A DNA stretch of 63,552 nucleotides, counting the filler, from Rhabdomonas costata (taxonomy: Eukaryota), in NCBI GenBank assembly GCA_019059605.1. It is 26 parts of 26 records of this genome, joined end to end, with 100 filler letters (N's around TTAATTAATTAA, not from the genome) between each part and the next. Parts side by side here need not be neighbours in the genome. Positions count along the whole stretch, not along the records: positions 1 to 2,345 come from JAHMHO010003889.1; positions 2,446 to 4,793 come from JAHMHO010003890.1; positions 4,894 to 7,240 come from JAHMHO010003891.1; positions 7,341 to 9,682 come from JAHMHO010003892.1; positions 9,783 to 12,128 come from JAHMHO010003893.1; positions 12,229 to 14,575 come from JAHMHO010003894.1; 20 more parts are not named here. One strand, given 5' to 3'. Shown here one piece after another: positions 1 to 12,699 of the stretch. Each line of letters starts with the position of its first letter. The first letter of the stretch is position 1. The notes below the pieces were generated by a model. The model saw only the letters and a list, made by a program, of their open reading frames with translations. It searched no databases and was not told where the DNA came from. The position numbers and the translations under genes were made by a program.

Positions 1-2345
1 TTGCCAACAGTACTTGTGTGGTGTCCTTTTCGGAATTCGGGTGAAGGAAGGTGCTTGCTTGGGGAGTGCTATGGATTCCAATGGATGGATTGCAGGACTT
101 CGAGATCGATGCACGTATCCCTGGATTCTGGGATGTGCATGGAGTCTTCGACCAGCTCAGTATCAGAGGTGCTCTCTTGTGTCCACGCCTCCTTGCACCT
201 GCAGGCTTCTCGAGTACGGCGCAACACATCAGATTTCAGGTAACCCCCGGCTACGATCGCTAGTCAGGTCTACAAGAGCCGAGAACATGCACGACCCAGG
301 CAATCCCAGGCAATCTTCCGCATTCACAATGATCCAGGGCGACAAGAGAATCAATCAATAAAGTCTTTTTTTTTTTTAAAAAAATATGGCGGCTCAGTAA
401 TCCTGAAAAAGACAATTGGTCTAAACATCTGCGTGCAATCTACAGGTTGCTTCGCCTTCGAGCACGGGTACATGCTGGACACAGAATCAAACCAAATCGG
501 GACCAGTGACTTCACACGCAACTCTTAAAGTCAGGGTAAACAGTAATGGGAGGAAGACTCCGCAAGAAACAGTCCAGAGGAAGAGACGTCCACAGAGTCC
601 CTCGCCATCCCCCTTCCCCAACTGCTTCCTGTTTTCCCCTTGTTCTCGATGCACGCTTTATGAGCGGGTAACTACTCCCGTCCGCTCCCCTAACACAGGA
701 TAGAGGCGGTGCAAGTGCAGATCCAGAACGGTGGCAAGGTTCACCATCTCGGCAAGCCCCTCAACGGAGGCACTTTCGGAAGAAGAATCGGCGCTGAGTT
801 GGCCCTGGGGGGGAACGAAGCAGAGAGCAACACGGCAGCACGTATGTGCGTTTGGGCGCGTAACGTGCAGGCTGTTGCCTGATTGATTGTTGGTGACCAC
901 TGCGGACTGACGTAATGAGGAAAAACGAGGATACACTTTTGCACTGCTCAAAGGTTCAGCAGTCCTGCGAGTTTAATGTCCCCATCACAAAATACAGCAC
1001 CGAACCACACAAGCTATCGGTCCATCGTCACACTCGTTCTTGAGAGGTGCATATGCAAACAGGCCACAACATTTCGGTACAGTTCTTTTGTGTGGACAGG
1101 GAACAGAAGCCAATCGTTCATGGAACACTTTGCTGCTGTTGTCATGTGCAGGTTTCTTGTGAATGAGGACGTCCCCTTTTGCACTTTTGTTTTCGCTTGC
1201 GCGCGCGTTCGAGAGTAACCACCAGTCAAAAAAGGAGCACAGCAACCGGCTTGACGGGGACCATAGAGGAGCTCAGGTATTGCAGGCAGCCTCCGTTGAC
1301 GGAGGCAGGCAGCAGGAGCCTCGGCGCCATCAGGGCATGGCGGGTACCCACCGAGACGAGCCTCCAAAAAAAGAGCACCATAGTAGGTAATAACAGCGGT
1401 GAGGCAGAAGAAACTGTGTGTGGGCTTCAAAAGAGTCCCCATTTTTCCTCACTCAGTATTCTTTGTACCTGGGCTGTTCACTCGACCGGGACTCCCAAAA
1501 GAGAGAAATAATGAAGCCTGGCCTATACCCCTCCCAAGAAACACGACAACGAACTCCGTTCAGCGCACAAAAAACATTCAAAACATTTGCTCACGAGATC
1601 AACGATTTCCAACGTCAAATGTTAAGTCAAAACACAAGCACCAGACTTTTGCAATCGTCCATGAGGGCAGGCATTATAACCATGGCATGCCCTGCTGGCA
1701 GGCAGCAGCTCCGAAAAACCACAGAAAGGCAGATGTCGATAACGGAGCGAAGTCTCCAAAAGACCAAATAATGATTGACAATTATTGTTCGTATTGCACT
1801 AAAAAGCAGAGGTGTGAGCCATAAAATTTTCGTTACTGCAAAAGCCAGTGTTAAGCTCTACATAAAGAAAGGAATATTATCTTTTGTCCCATGTGACATT
1901 TTAGAATTATTTTCGATCCTTATTCACTTGCTTGGTCTCGCGTGATCCCCGTTTTTTGACGGTACGAAAGATACGGACAAGAGCCCTTCCAGACCATCTT
2001 CCCGAATCCAGAAAAACGCCCGCTCAGTGACGTAGCAGAGATTCAGAACAGCTCTTTGTTGCAAAGCTCTGCTGAAGACCCTGCCCGCAGTGTAGCAAAA
2101 ATAAATGATCGCGATCCCTTCCCTTCCCCAGCTCTTTCCCACATCAGTTTTCCTCACCCCAGGCAGCGTTCCATTGATAGGGCTGCGGTCAGCCAAGGAA
2201 CGATTCGTTTGCTAAGGCCGCGCAGCTGCGGAGAGGCTGTAGTAAGACGATGGTGCGAAGCTCGGCAAGAGAAGGGACGGTCTCGGAGGAGAGCAGCTCG
2301 TCGACCAACTGCAGCAGGGAGCCTTCCGTTGAGCCACCCACACAC

Positions 2346-2445
2346 NNNNNNNNNNNNNNNNNNNNNNNNNNNNNNNNNNNNNNNNNNNNTTAATTAATTA
2401 ANNNNNNNNNNNNNNNNNNNNNNNNNNNNNNNNNNNNNNNNNNNN
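2346..2445. other. Artificial contig spacer (N-run, TTAATTAATTAA, N-run); 25 such spacers divide the window into 26 contigs
   Basis: The same 100-nt block recurs about every 2.45 kb (4794, 7241, 9683, 12129 ... 61109). TTAATTAATTAA places stops in all six frames. Confidence 0.99.
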
Positions 2446-2458
2446 ACGCTGCCCACAC

Positions 2459-4174
2459 TTGGTCAGGACTTGGGTCAGCCGGGCCTCGTCGCCGTGCACA
2501 ATTTCTGGGCACTCCGCTGGAATGTGCAGAACGAGGTCCAGCCCTTTCTGGTCCACTGGACCCCTTAGCATCGACACCACGTTCTCCAGACACGCGCGAA
2601 GGTTGAACGGGACGACCTCCAAGGTTACCTTTGAGGCCTCCAGCTTCGAGTAGTCCAGCACCTATGATGAGAAAGAAAATAAGCATGATAATGAATCCCC
2701 GTGGACACGTTTATCGGATAACCAGAAACCAGAAGCTAAAAAAACACTGTAATCCTATCATAAAAGGAGCAAATACAACAGAAATGTAGCGTAGAGAGAG
2801 AGAAGGGAAGTTGCGACCATTTTGAATGGTGGGATCACACAAATCAAAGCAATGGTTAAAGTACTGCATCCTACACACAATGTCATAACGCAGGCCCACG
2901 AAGTGAAAGGTTTCCAAAGTCACCAAACTCTCTGCGGGCTCTGCAATGAAGCAGAAAAAACTCTTGATTGGTGATGCGATGATGCTTTCGCCCATAAAAA
3001 CATACGTCATTAAGGAGAAGCAGGAGCGTTTTGCTGCTGAAACCCATGGACGTCACGTAGTCTCGTTGAGTTTCGTCAAGAGATGTTAAACGAAGGAGCT
3101 CCAGATATCCGATGATACCGTTCAGCTGCAAAAGCAATCCACAAGAACTGGGCACAAGCTTTCCCGATAATCAAAATGGGAAAACATCCGACCGGTTCCG
3201 ACAATGAGCAGACTTCCAGCAACCTTAAACGTGTACACGTCAGCACACACTTGCGCAAACATAAATTTAGAGAAGACGCGCAAAGACGAACGGATACCAT
3301 CCGAGGAAGAGAAGCTATGCACAATGTCACACATACTGCAAAACCACAGCACAATGACAAGCGGCACGCCTGCTCGTAAAAGTATGAGCATCATTCTGCG
3401 GTCGAAACCCACAGAAAGGTGTGGCTTTTCTAAACCAATCAGGATTATCCTTGGTGGGGCACACACCGGAGTTCGTATCTCGTGGCTCATTACGGCAAGA
3501 AAGGCAGCCTTCGACTCCACCGCCTGCAGAGCTTTCGCCTCGGCAATCCGACACGCCGCGATCTGCAGGTACAGGCAGTGGAGTAAGGTCCAAATACATA
3601 GAAACAGAAGGGCCGCCAAGAGAACCGTCAGTAAGCCAGAGAAAGCAATCGTGGCCTCACGCCCAAAACGAGGATAACTTGGCAGCCGCCCGAAAATCTC
3701 AAGGGTGCCACAGACGACTGTGGTGCCCAGCGAGAGCAGCAGCCAACGTGCCGGAACCACGTAGTTGTCATAGAAAAGTAGCCCGAAGAGCAAATGGAAC
3801 AACAGCGTCAGGGTGGCCAAAGAACCGTTCTCAAAGCCCCCGTAGAAGACGATCGCGACTGGGAGATTGAGCCAGCACACGGAGAGGCAAATCATCCGGG
3901 GCCACTCCAAGCGTCGCCTCCGAACCAGAACTGCCAGGCAGCCGCTAAACACCAAGAAGGACGCAGTATGGTACGTGACAAAGAAGGGGGAAAACGGGTC
4001 CGTCGGTGCTCGAAGCGACAGCACCATCCCAAATCCAAAGCACACAGTCAGGATAGAAAGCATGCAGAAAAGGAAAAACTTCTGAATTCGCACTGGGTAA
4101 CTATCGGAAGGCAGCGCCAGCCGCGTTTCAAGTTTCTCTCGGACTCTTTCCGCAACATCAAACGCAGTGACCAT
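2459..4174 (-). CDS. Membrane-bound sensor histidine kinase (multi-TM + HisKA + start of HATPase), 3'-truncated; exons ~4174-3467, 3125-3006, 2661-2459
   Basis: GT-AG splicing gives KAAFLAVMSHEIRTP|LNGIIGYLELL...LLLLLND|VLDYSKLEASKVTLE...GDEARLTQVLT. This is the H-box and N-box lead-in of hybrid-type kinases, preceded by several hydrophobic helices. Confidence 0.92.
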
Positions 4175-6412
4175 TTGGCTCAACAAGAAGGTTAAAGAAA
4201 AGGATAAAATACTGAAGAATAAAGCAATCGCTCAGGAGAAAACCACAACCCTAGACGGGTGCTTAGTGTGACAGCGTCTTTGCCATAGAGGGCTCACAAT
4301 CTACGTAGCTTTAGTTTTAGTTGCGCCCTTCTTCAAGCATTCCGGCAAAATACCCGTAAGCTTTCGAGAGCGACTGAACGTCCTTGTCATAATGATTCCG
4401 GTAAAACTGAGGTAGTTGTAGTTTCGCAAGGCAGACGACATTAACCCCCCCCCCTGATCCTTTCACTTAATGGTGTCCTGAATTTTAGCCCATCATTAAA
4501 TATCAACGAGGACAACTGAAAGCTTAGTTTTAGCAGACTAGCAATAAAAGGGTAACAACCCGAATGAAGAATCAGGATTAAAGAAATTGCTATCAATAAG
4601 AGAATTCAAAACCCTGCAACAATATCGTGATGCTCGACATTGCCGAACTCTGTAAACCAAACAAACTTGTTCACAAAATGCGGTCACAGTTTAACTCCAA
4701 AACGTGGATAAAATACCACAAGCCAATTCTGTGATATCACTGAACCGGTGCTTCCCACACTGACAACCTGCAACTGCACGCATACCAACCCCCNNNNNNN
4801 NNNNNNNNNNNNNNNNNNNNNNNNNNNNNNNNNNNNNTTAATTAATTAANNNNNNNNNNNNNNNNNNNNNNNNNNNNNNNNNNNNNNNNNNNNCCCCGGA
4901 GCCGGCGACGGGGATCCGAGGCCCAATGGAAGTTCGAGTGGTAACGGTTACCAGTGGTAACAGAAAACTGGCTTTGGCGAGTCCTTAGCCAGCAGTAGTT
5001 TTCAGCTGCTAAGCAAAGACAATCATCTACGGGGCACTGGCAAGCTTACCCCCTTACCCTTACCCTTAAAATAAAGTCATTCAAAGGGTGCTGGCATGTT
5101 TTACTGCACCACACACCAGTTAATCCAGAAAAAAAGAAAGAAAGAAAAGCAAAAGCCAGGCGAAGGCCAGTCCGCCGCGCGGTGTTCGGATCGGGCGGCT
5201 GGGGCGGGGACGTGACCTGGGGGGCCCTTTAACAACTTTGTGCTGCCCATAGTGATAACCTGTTACCATTGGTAACGGTCCCCACCCCACCCCCAACTTC
5301 CATTCCATTGCACCGGATCCAAAGAGCTGAAGACAAGACCTTATCATCATAGTACAAAGCCATGGCAGAGCCTTGGAGACGTAACGCAAAAAAAAGGAGA
5401 GAAGCAACTGACTGAACTGTGGCGCCAGGAGGGGGAAATGGGACCAGCTGCAGAGGTGAATTCGCCATCAATTCAGTGTGAAAGTCGTGCTGTTGGCGAT
5501 GACGGGCGTCGCTTTTCATCCGCTCACCAGTGCTTGTTCGGAGCGCTCGAGGCGTGAACGGTATGAATGTCAATAACGCGATCAATGATGCTCATCCGTA
5601 GAACGGTGGGAAGGGGGGATGGCACTACTGGGGGATGGCGTCGAAAGAAACCACCACCACGCTCACAGCTAAACACACCTCCATTTCCGGCGCGGGTGCT
5701 GACAATGGGGCTGTCTTGCTGCAGGGGAACCTGAATCACCTCAGTGGCTGAGAGGGAAACAATGTATTGGTGTGCATGTCTGTGTGTCGTGGGTGGGGAA
5801 GGGGGGTGCAGATGAAATCTGTTCCACAAACCACTAGAATCCAAACCGAAGAAGGGGCATAGCAAATGGAGAGTTCCTCTAACCCGCAAAAAGAGAAGGA
5901 GAAATAAAATGAGCCGCCAGACTGTGTGTATGTATGTGTATGTAGTAACATAGTAACAACCAATGCAAATAAAGCTGCCGCAGACCTTTGGGAGGCACTG
6001 CACTGCTGTCCTTCTTCTGTTTCGGTGGCGCCACAGCGGCTGAGGCACCGCGGCGGCGGAAAACTCGGCGGACAGTGGAGAGCATCGAGTCCACAACCAT
6101 TTTGAAGAGAAAGAGAACAAAAACAAAAAGGAAAAAACCTGTCCCGAGAAAAACCAACAAAGACAAGACGCCCCTCTCGCAGTGCAAGGGAAGAAGTCGA
6201 AATCCGCATGCATCGTGGAGCTTGATGTGAGGTTGGGTGAGCAATGAACTTCGTGAAACGGTTATTGGACAATTCGGAGATCGGGGTGGGGGGTTCGCGC
6301 GGTTTGACAAAGTGCATTGTGGCTGATGGCTAGAATCTGTATTCCCTTTAATCCAGGGCGGAGTGCCCCAGACACAACCCAAACACAGAAGAAGGCGGTA
6401 GCAAAAAAAGGT

Positions 6413-6626
6413 TACACCGTAAACTCAGAACCCCTGTTTTTCAGCTCTGGCCACTCCATGCTTCCCCCAGCGGACCTTCCCTGAGCCCACGTCCAACTGC
6501 CTTTCAGGTTCCCCGTCAAGAAAACAGTCCGGGTTCATCACATAACATGTCCCCAGACAGCGGCATTCCTATAGGCTGAAACGACTTCGAAAACCGCACA
6601 TACCATTTTCTGAGTTTCCGGGTGTA
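6413..6626. mobile_element. MITE, TA-flanked, ~18-bp imperfect TIRs (copy 1)
   Basis: TACACCGTAAACTCAGAA (6413-6430) pairs with TTCTGAGTTTCCGGGTGTA (6608-6626). A related copy lies at 16103-16248. Confidence 0.65.
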
Positions 6627-9600
6627 AATTACCTTAGGTAGTGGTGGTGCTGATAGCTTTAAATGACCCGTTTTGGAAGGTGGACACAAGCATTGTGCCG
6701 AACTGCTTCAAATTGACACAAAAAGCGTTTTCGTGAGTTTGGGTGCGTTGCAGAGGCTTCACCAAGTCTGGCTCTTGTCTGGCGACTGGACATGTGCAGA
6801 GGCCCCGCTTTCCTTTTTTGCGCATCTTTTTTTTCCTGGTCTTTTTTCTTTTTCTTTATCTTTTTTCTTGTTTTTTTTACGTTTACGCTGTATTACATCT
6901 TGAAACCCAGCTTTTGGCGCGTAACGAGCTTCCATGGGAAGTCCTGAAAAACACCCCAAAGCGCCAATGGGCTTCCGCTTGCGCATGAGGTTTTTTCATT
7001 GTCCAAAGTCGGCGGAATCCATTGGGGATGTAACGAATAACACCAAAAGGAAGGTCAGAGGAATCCTCCCAAGCGGCCAGTCGTCAGTTGACTGGGCTGT
7101 AATGTGTTGAGAGAAGCGTTGCGTGCACCTCCGACAGGTGCTGGTGTGCGGGACAAGGAGTTGACAGTCGAGGCAAACCCATCGGCCACAGGAGCGCAAG
7201 AAGTCCGCTGGAAGGGAGTCACCAGCCGTCACACAAAAACNNNNNNNNNNNNNNNNNNNNNNNNNNNNNNNNNNNNNNNNNNNNTTAATTAATTAANNNN
7301 NNNNNNNNNNNNNNNNNNNNNNNNNNNNNNNNNNNNNNNNATGGAAGGGCAACAAGATGACGCGTGGCTGGGGCAAAAAAGGGGTAAGTCGCAATTTCTG
7401 GAGGTCCTTCACAACAATTCATCCGGGAAATGCCGGAAATGTGGAAAGGCGAGTATATATGGCATTAAGTTCCGCGTTATGAAAGATTTTCAGAAAAACG
7501 TGCCATTTCGTCAGAAGTTCCTGCCGGGATTACAGGTCGCAGGATGGAGCTATTACGCGTCATTGTGGACGACGCCTTCATGCCATTTCATTCAAAAAAG
7601 CTGAGCAAGCAGAACTAGCTGACCTATACGCCCCGCCACGGCAGGATGCTGGTAAGAAGACATAGACGAAGAGCTAGAGTCTGGAGCAATTATCATCCCT
7701 CGCCTGAACCTCGGCCGCCGATTGAGGTGGTTTCTTTTGGCCCCAAGACACCACGCCGAGACACCAACCACAGCTCCCATACCAATCCGCATAAGGGCGT
7801 CTTCCACGACGCTCCCCGTCGCCGCGGCGCCGGTGCCTGGCGCCTGTGCGCATCACCCAGCAGAGCGACCACGCCAGCCTTGAGATCACCAGCGCCGCCA
7901 CACTGAGAACAACCAGAAGATCGCCATCAGCGGGGCTTTCCCATACTGGCGGTCTCCCTGTACGACCCCAAGTTCCCGCGCCAGTGGTCGAGACCAGCCC
8001 GACCACCAAAGCGAGCCAATATAATTGCACACCTGCGCACAGCCGCCCACACACGAATCTGAGGAGGCAACCTCACGCATTACTTCAAAAGGGAAAAAAG
8101 CTGCACATCCCAACATCCCCCACCACCGCACATGCCTGCATTCAACATTCATCCCTGCCGGCCGGAAGTCTTTTCCGCAACACGCCCGCCTCCAACCCAC
8201 GGAATATACTGCATTGTTTCTGTTTTTCCCTCCTCTGTTTTCGGCGGAGCGCCCACATTGTAAAATATGGTGCTCTCTCTTCATCGTCTCTCTTGCTTCT
8301 GATGGACGTTTGTTCCAAAACTCAATGTTCCATAAGCTACGCCATCGGCATAAAAATTCGGCAGCTGTTTGTCTGCAATAGGTGGGACTTTTCTGCGGTT
8401 TTAATGGTGCATTGCTTCAGCAAAATGCGTGGCACACAATGAGGAGCATATATGAGCCTCATATTGCAGCTGGGATGTGCTGAATCCAAGGTTCCTAACT
8501 ATTATAAAATAGATGGACTTGCTTGCACATTTTCATATTCATTTGGAGCCGCTTGGTTATGGTTTGTGTGTAAATGTCTATAGTGGTGCTAATGTACCGA
8601 TTCAAAATGTTGTGTTGCCACTTGATGTCCCAATTTGCTATGATACTCTTTATGCTAGTGGCGTGGTGGATTATTGATGGTGCTGTTATATGGGTTGTAC
8701 CACGCATTTTGTTTGGTTGTATAAGTCGCAATGCCTGATATTTTTGCTGAAGTGTGGCGGCGTTTCAAAAAATAGCCAGGAACTACCAGCAAGCAAGATG
8801 GTTTTGCTGGCATTTGCTGTGCTTTTGGAAGATGCTCTTATATATGTTAACATGTTATGCATCTGCTTAAATATTACACTATGCAGTTGATTACCACTGT
8901 TGAATTTATACCGACCAGCGCTGCTTACTCATCACCCGTCGTTTGAGATCTAATGGCGTTTATAATGGCAACCACAGCTGCGAAAATACATGAGTAAAGC
9001 TGAATTCGGATGGGCACGCAACATCAAAATGAAGAACCTGGATCATCCGTAATCATGAATAGCAATACAATCAGGGTTGCCAATGATTATGGCGTCCTTC
9101 TGGTTGTAATAATACTTTGAAGTGCGGACAGCTCCTTAGTTGACTTAGAATGTGTTCTGTGGCCACGGAGCAGATTTGTCCTCTTCGTCGCACTCGGCGT
9201 GCTTGCCGCACCATAGCTGCATGCAGAGTGGTGGTAAGGAAGAAAAACCGTGCGCTTAATAATTGCATAATAATGCCCTACAATATCTTGTTGAGACATA
9301 CGCGGAGATTTGTTTTAATACCTGGGCGACTGATTCTGGACCATGGTGTGCGACCAGACGTACATCGTTCCATGCCGCCCATGGTAAATTCCAGCTAGCC
9401 TTCAATCAAAGATTGTTTGTATTCTAGTCATTGGCGTTGGTTGAAGGGTGGTGGTTTCAGTGCCCCGCCCGAAGCGGCGTCCGGTAACTCCGTGTCCTCC
9501 ATCGGTCTGGTTGCCGTACTTGTGGTCAGACAGCGTTCACCACCACATTGGGCGTGGACAACTGCACCCCCGAGGCCTCCGCTTTCAATTCCAGCGCTTC

Positions 9601-9782
9601 CACCAGCGATTCGTTTTGCCTGTCTCCCGGAAGACCTACGTCAACGCCTTCAGCGCGTCGTGTTTCCACCACGGCCTTGTGGNNNNNNNNNNNNNNNNNN
9701 NNNNNNNNNNNNNNNNNNNNNNNNNNTTAATTAATTAANNNNNNNNNNNNNNNNNNNNNNNNNNNNNNNNNNNNNNNNNNNN

Positions 9783-11494
9783 GGGGTTGTGTGGACAAGA
9801 GCATCCTCGTGGGTACGATGGCCAATGTGATGCACTCCTACCACGTGAAGGGGAAGAAGCAGGTGCGATGGGGGTGGAGGGGCATTCATAGATGCGGGAG
9901 CCCTTTTCATGGCTTTCTCACCTTTTTCAAACAATTGGAAAACGTCGTGGTATGTTTTGAGTCTGAAGAAAAAATGTATCCTTTCCAGTTCATCGGCCCT
10001 GTCGGATATGGTTGCTTCGGGGGTTCCATGCCTCGTGCTTCGAAGTGCCTCCCTTAACTGGCACATGGTCAACCCGCTGGTTAACCTCAGGGGAAATGGC
10101 AAAATGGCCCCCTCCAGTTCCATCAACCTGTTTTTCACTCTTTCCCTTTCCGCTTTGCAGGTGTGTCTTTCCTCTTCGATAGCGTTACGTTTGAGCCTTT
10201 GTTTTTGCTTTGGCAGTACTCCGTCTACCTCCCGGCAAACATCACCAATATGTGCGCCCTGACGATGGAGACCATGCGGGCCACCAAGGCCACTATTGTG
10301 GCCCTGGCCAACGGCGAGGTTCGCTTCCATTGGTCATGGGTAAAAACCACGAAAACAAATGGCGCCTCTCCTGCGGCCCAGACAGTGCCTTTCAGTGATG
10401 CTTGGCTTAATTTCTTAGCTTGGGTGGGTCAGCGTCTGTCAGGGTCTGCTTCTGAACCTTCTTCTGAAGCTGTCAGGTTGGAGCCTTCCGATCTGTTTTC
10501 GCATGCACGGAAAAGGCGGTGTTCTTGTCATTCACCGTGTTTGAGAAGGATGATTGACCCTTGGTCCTTTTTATGCAGTGCCGGGTGTACAACGGCAAGA
10601 CACTGGTAAATTCCATCGCCACCTCGGACGTCATCACCGGCGTGATTTTCGGAAGGTGACACCCCCGCATTTTCTACTCCGTTACTGACCCCGTTTTCAA
10701 CCGGCTGGGCATTGGGCGCGTCCGTGGGGATCCTTACGAGCTCCTCGCTCAGAACTGTGAGCGTCTTCTAAATCTCTAGTACGTACTAGAGTACTAGTGA
10801 GAGCAAAGTTTTCGAAATTCCGCACAGCACTCGTTCGCATTCCTGCCCCCCTTTTCTGCCCCCCAGTTCTTGTGCACCCCCAGGATGCCTGTGCGGGTGT
10901 CAGATTTTGTCGGTGTTGTATTGGGGAGGGGGGGGGGTAAACTGTTGAAATTTTTTTTCGACTTAAAACTTAGGCAGTAGAGCAGTAAAACTAACCCCAT
11001 TTCGGAAAAATACCATAGTTTTAGTAAAAGGTACAGGCACACTGTACCTAACCTCCGAGCTCAGAAAATACCATTTTGATAAGAATTTTGGTGTTTAAGG
11101 GTGGTTAGCACCAAACGTCAAGTTTTTGCGTGAACCGCCCATCCGTCCGATCCGGCGTATGGCTTCCGCCCCTCAACTATTGTAGTCCCAATCGAAACTC
11201 CAAAACTTTTAACGCGGTTAAGCGTTGAACCCCCATACAACTGTCCCCCATCTGGTTTCCCCTCGTTGGTGGAAACAAATTGTGCCATTGTGCTGCTCAC
11301 ACAGGTATGGCCGCGAGGACAACTCCCTGGGTCTGGTGTTCATGTCAGGCTGCCTGCAGATCAAGATGCTGCCGCGTCTGGCCAACCTGGAGCCCACCAA
11401 GGGAATCAACTCCGGGCCCCCACCAGAGCAGGACATTCCTCTGAAAGTCCCCAAGAAGACCAAGCTGTACATCGAGCAGACCCAGCGCGAAAAG
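9783..11494 (+). CDS. BBS1: Bardet-Biedl syndrome 1 protein (BBSome), internal fragment; exons 9783-9862, 10217-10318, 10579-10655, 11305-11494
   Basis: Spliced GT-AG product DKSILVGTMANVMHSYHVKGKKQ|YSVYLPANIT...IVALANGE|CRVYNGK...VIFGR|YGREDNSL...GPPPEQDIPLKVPKKTKLYIEQTQREK. It matches the BBS1 motif GRYGREDN...GPPPxQ...VPRKTxLYVxQTxRE. Confidence 0.92.
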
Positions 11495-12312
11495 GTCCGT
11501 TTCCCTCACTACCTGCCTCTGCCTTGCTCCCCTACAACGCTTGCGCCTGGGACTCGTACACGAGCACCACACACGTCAGCACCATTGGTAGCACACGCGC
11601 CTGGGGTGTCATTGCTTTGCCTTTTTGGAATGTGAGGGTGCCCGTAGAACAGCTCGTATGGTCGCAAGCGGAGAAGCACCTCTCCCATATCCCCCGCGCA
11701 TATATCCGTGGGCACCCGTAATGCCAGAAGTCCTCGGTCCTCTTGGGAGGGTACAAGATGGAGCCTTTGGTGGAGAATCCCATGGAGAACAAGGTGCTGA
11801 CCGGGTACTGGAGTCGCAGTATGTGTCGACAAGCCTGTGATCTGGGGTGTGCTGAACACCAAAGTCATGGTGAAGCAAAGAGCTCAGATGCATCGTTGAC
11901 GTAAGATATATAGGCATACCTTCGGAATCCCGGCCCAAGGTACCACCACAGGAATATTGTCCTTGTGACGCAATACTCCATACTTTTTCAAAAAAAAAAG
12001 CTCTCTGCTTCACCTCGTCAGCACAAAGACTCTCAGATCAAATAAAGAAAACATGGCTAACCAGCACAGAAAAGAAGTCTCCCTGACCCCAGGAAAGTTG
12101 CTGAGCGGAGCCCCCAGACCCCCCCACCNNNNNNNNNNNNNNNNNNNNNNNNNNNNNNNNNNNNNNNNNNNNTTAATTAATTAANNNNNNNNNNNNNNNN
12201 NNNNNNNNNNNNNNNNNNNNNNNNNNNNGTTTGTTATGCACATCTCATTTTTCTTTAGTACGGGCAGTTTTTTCAGATGGATATACGCTTTTAAACTGTC
12301 AGTGCCGAATAA

Positions 12313-12660
12313 TTATGTACATAATTTATCTGTACTATTTGCACTTAAGATGTCTTCAATGTATACTGAGTTTTCCTGAAACTCTTTGAGTACCTTATTT
12401 TTATGCTTACGTTTATAAGCTGCAGCGTTTGCTTTGGTTGCTCTTCCTTGTTTGCGTTTACGGCCCTCTCCACTAATTTTTATCTCACCTGAGACATGAC
12501 CATGTCCGCCGATAGAATCGGCGATTTTGTTAACCATAGCATGTCCTGCATTTCTAACAATTGGGGATGCTATTTTTTGACCTATACCACACAATTTAAG
12601 AAGTACCCGCTTTATTTTGATTCCAGAACCATTAATTAAACGAAAACCTACAACAGTTGT
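12313..12660 (-). pseudogene. Small basic/amphipathic protein downstream of the capsid-like gene (possible virion core/membrane-lytic protein), start damaged
   Basis: INGSGIKIKRVLLKLCGIGQKIASPIVRNAGHAMVNKIADSIGGHG...GEGRKRKQGR. Gly-rich motifs, an amphipathic helix and a basic patch, in intronless AT-rich DNA. Confidence 0.4.
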
Positions 12661-12699
12661 CTTTTTATAAATATATTGAGAAATTTTTTTTAACTTCCA

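Noticed and set aside
2390-2401. Regularly spaced TTAATTAATTAA as a biological repeat or CRISPR-like array
   Set aside because: It is always embedded in N-runs and is an assembly-concatenation linker. Neighbouring contigs have no synteny.
5048-5068. CCCCTTACCCCTTACCCTTA as a telomere
   Set aside because: Only three degenerate units, internal to the contig.
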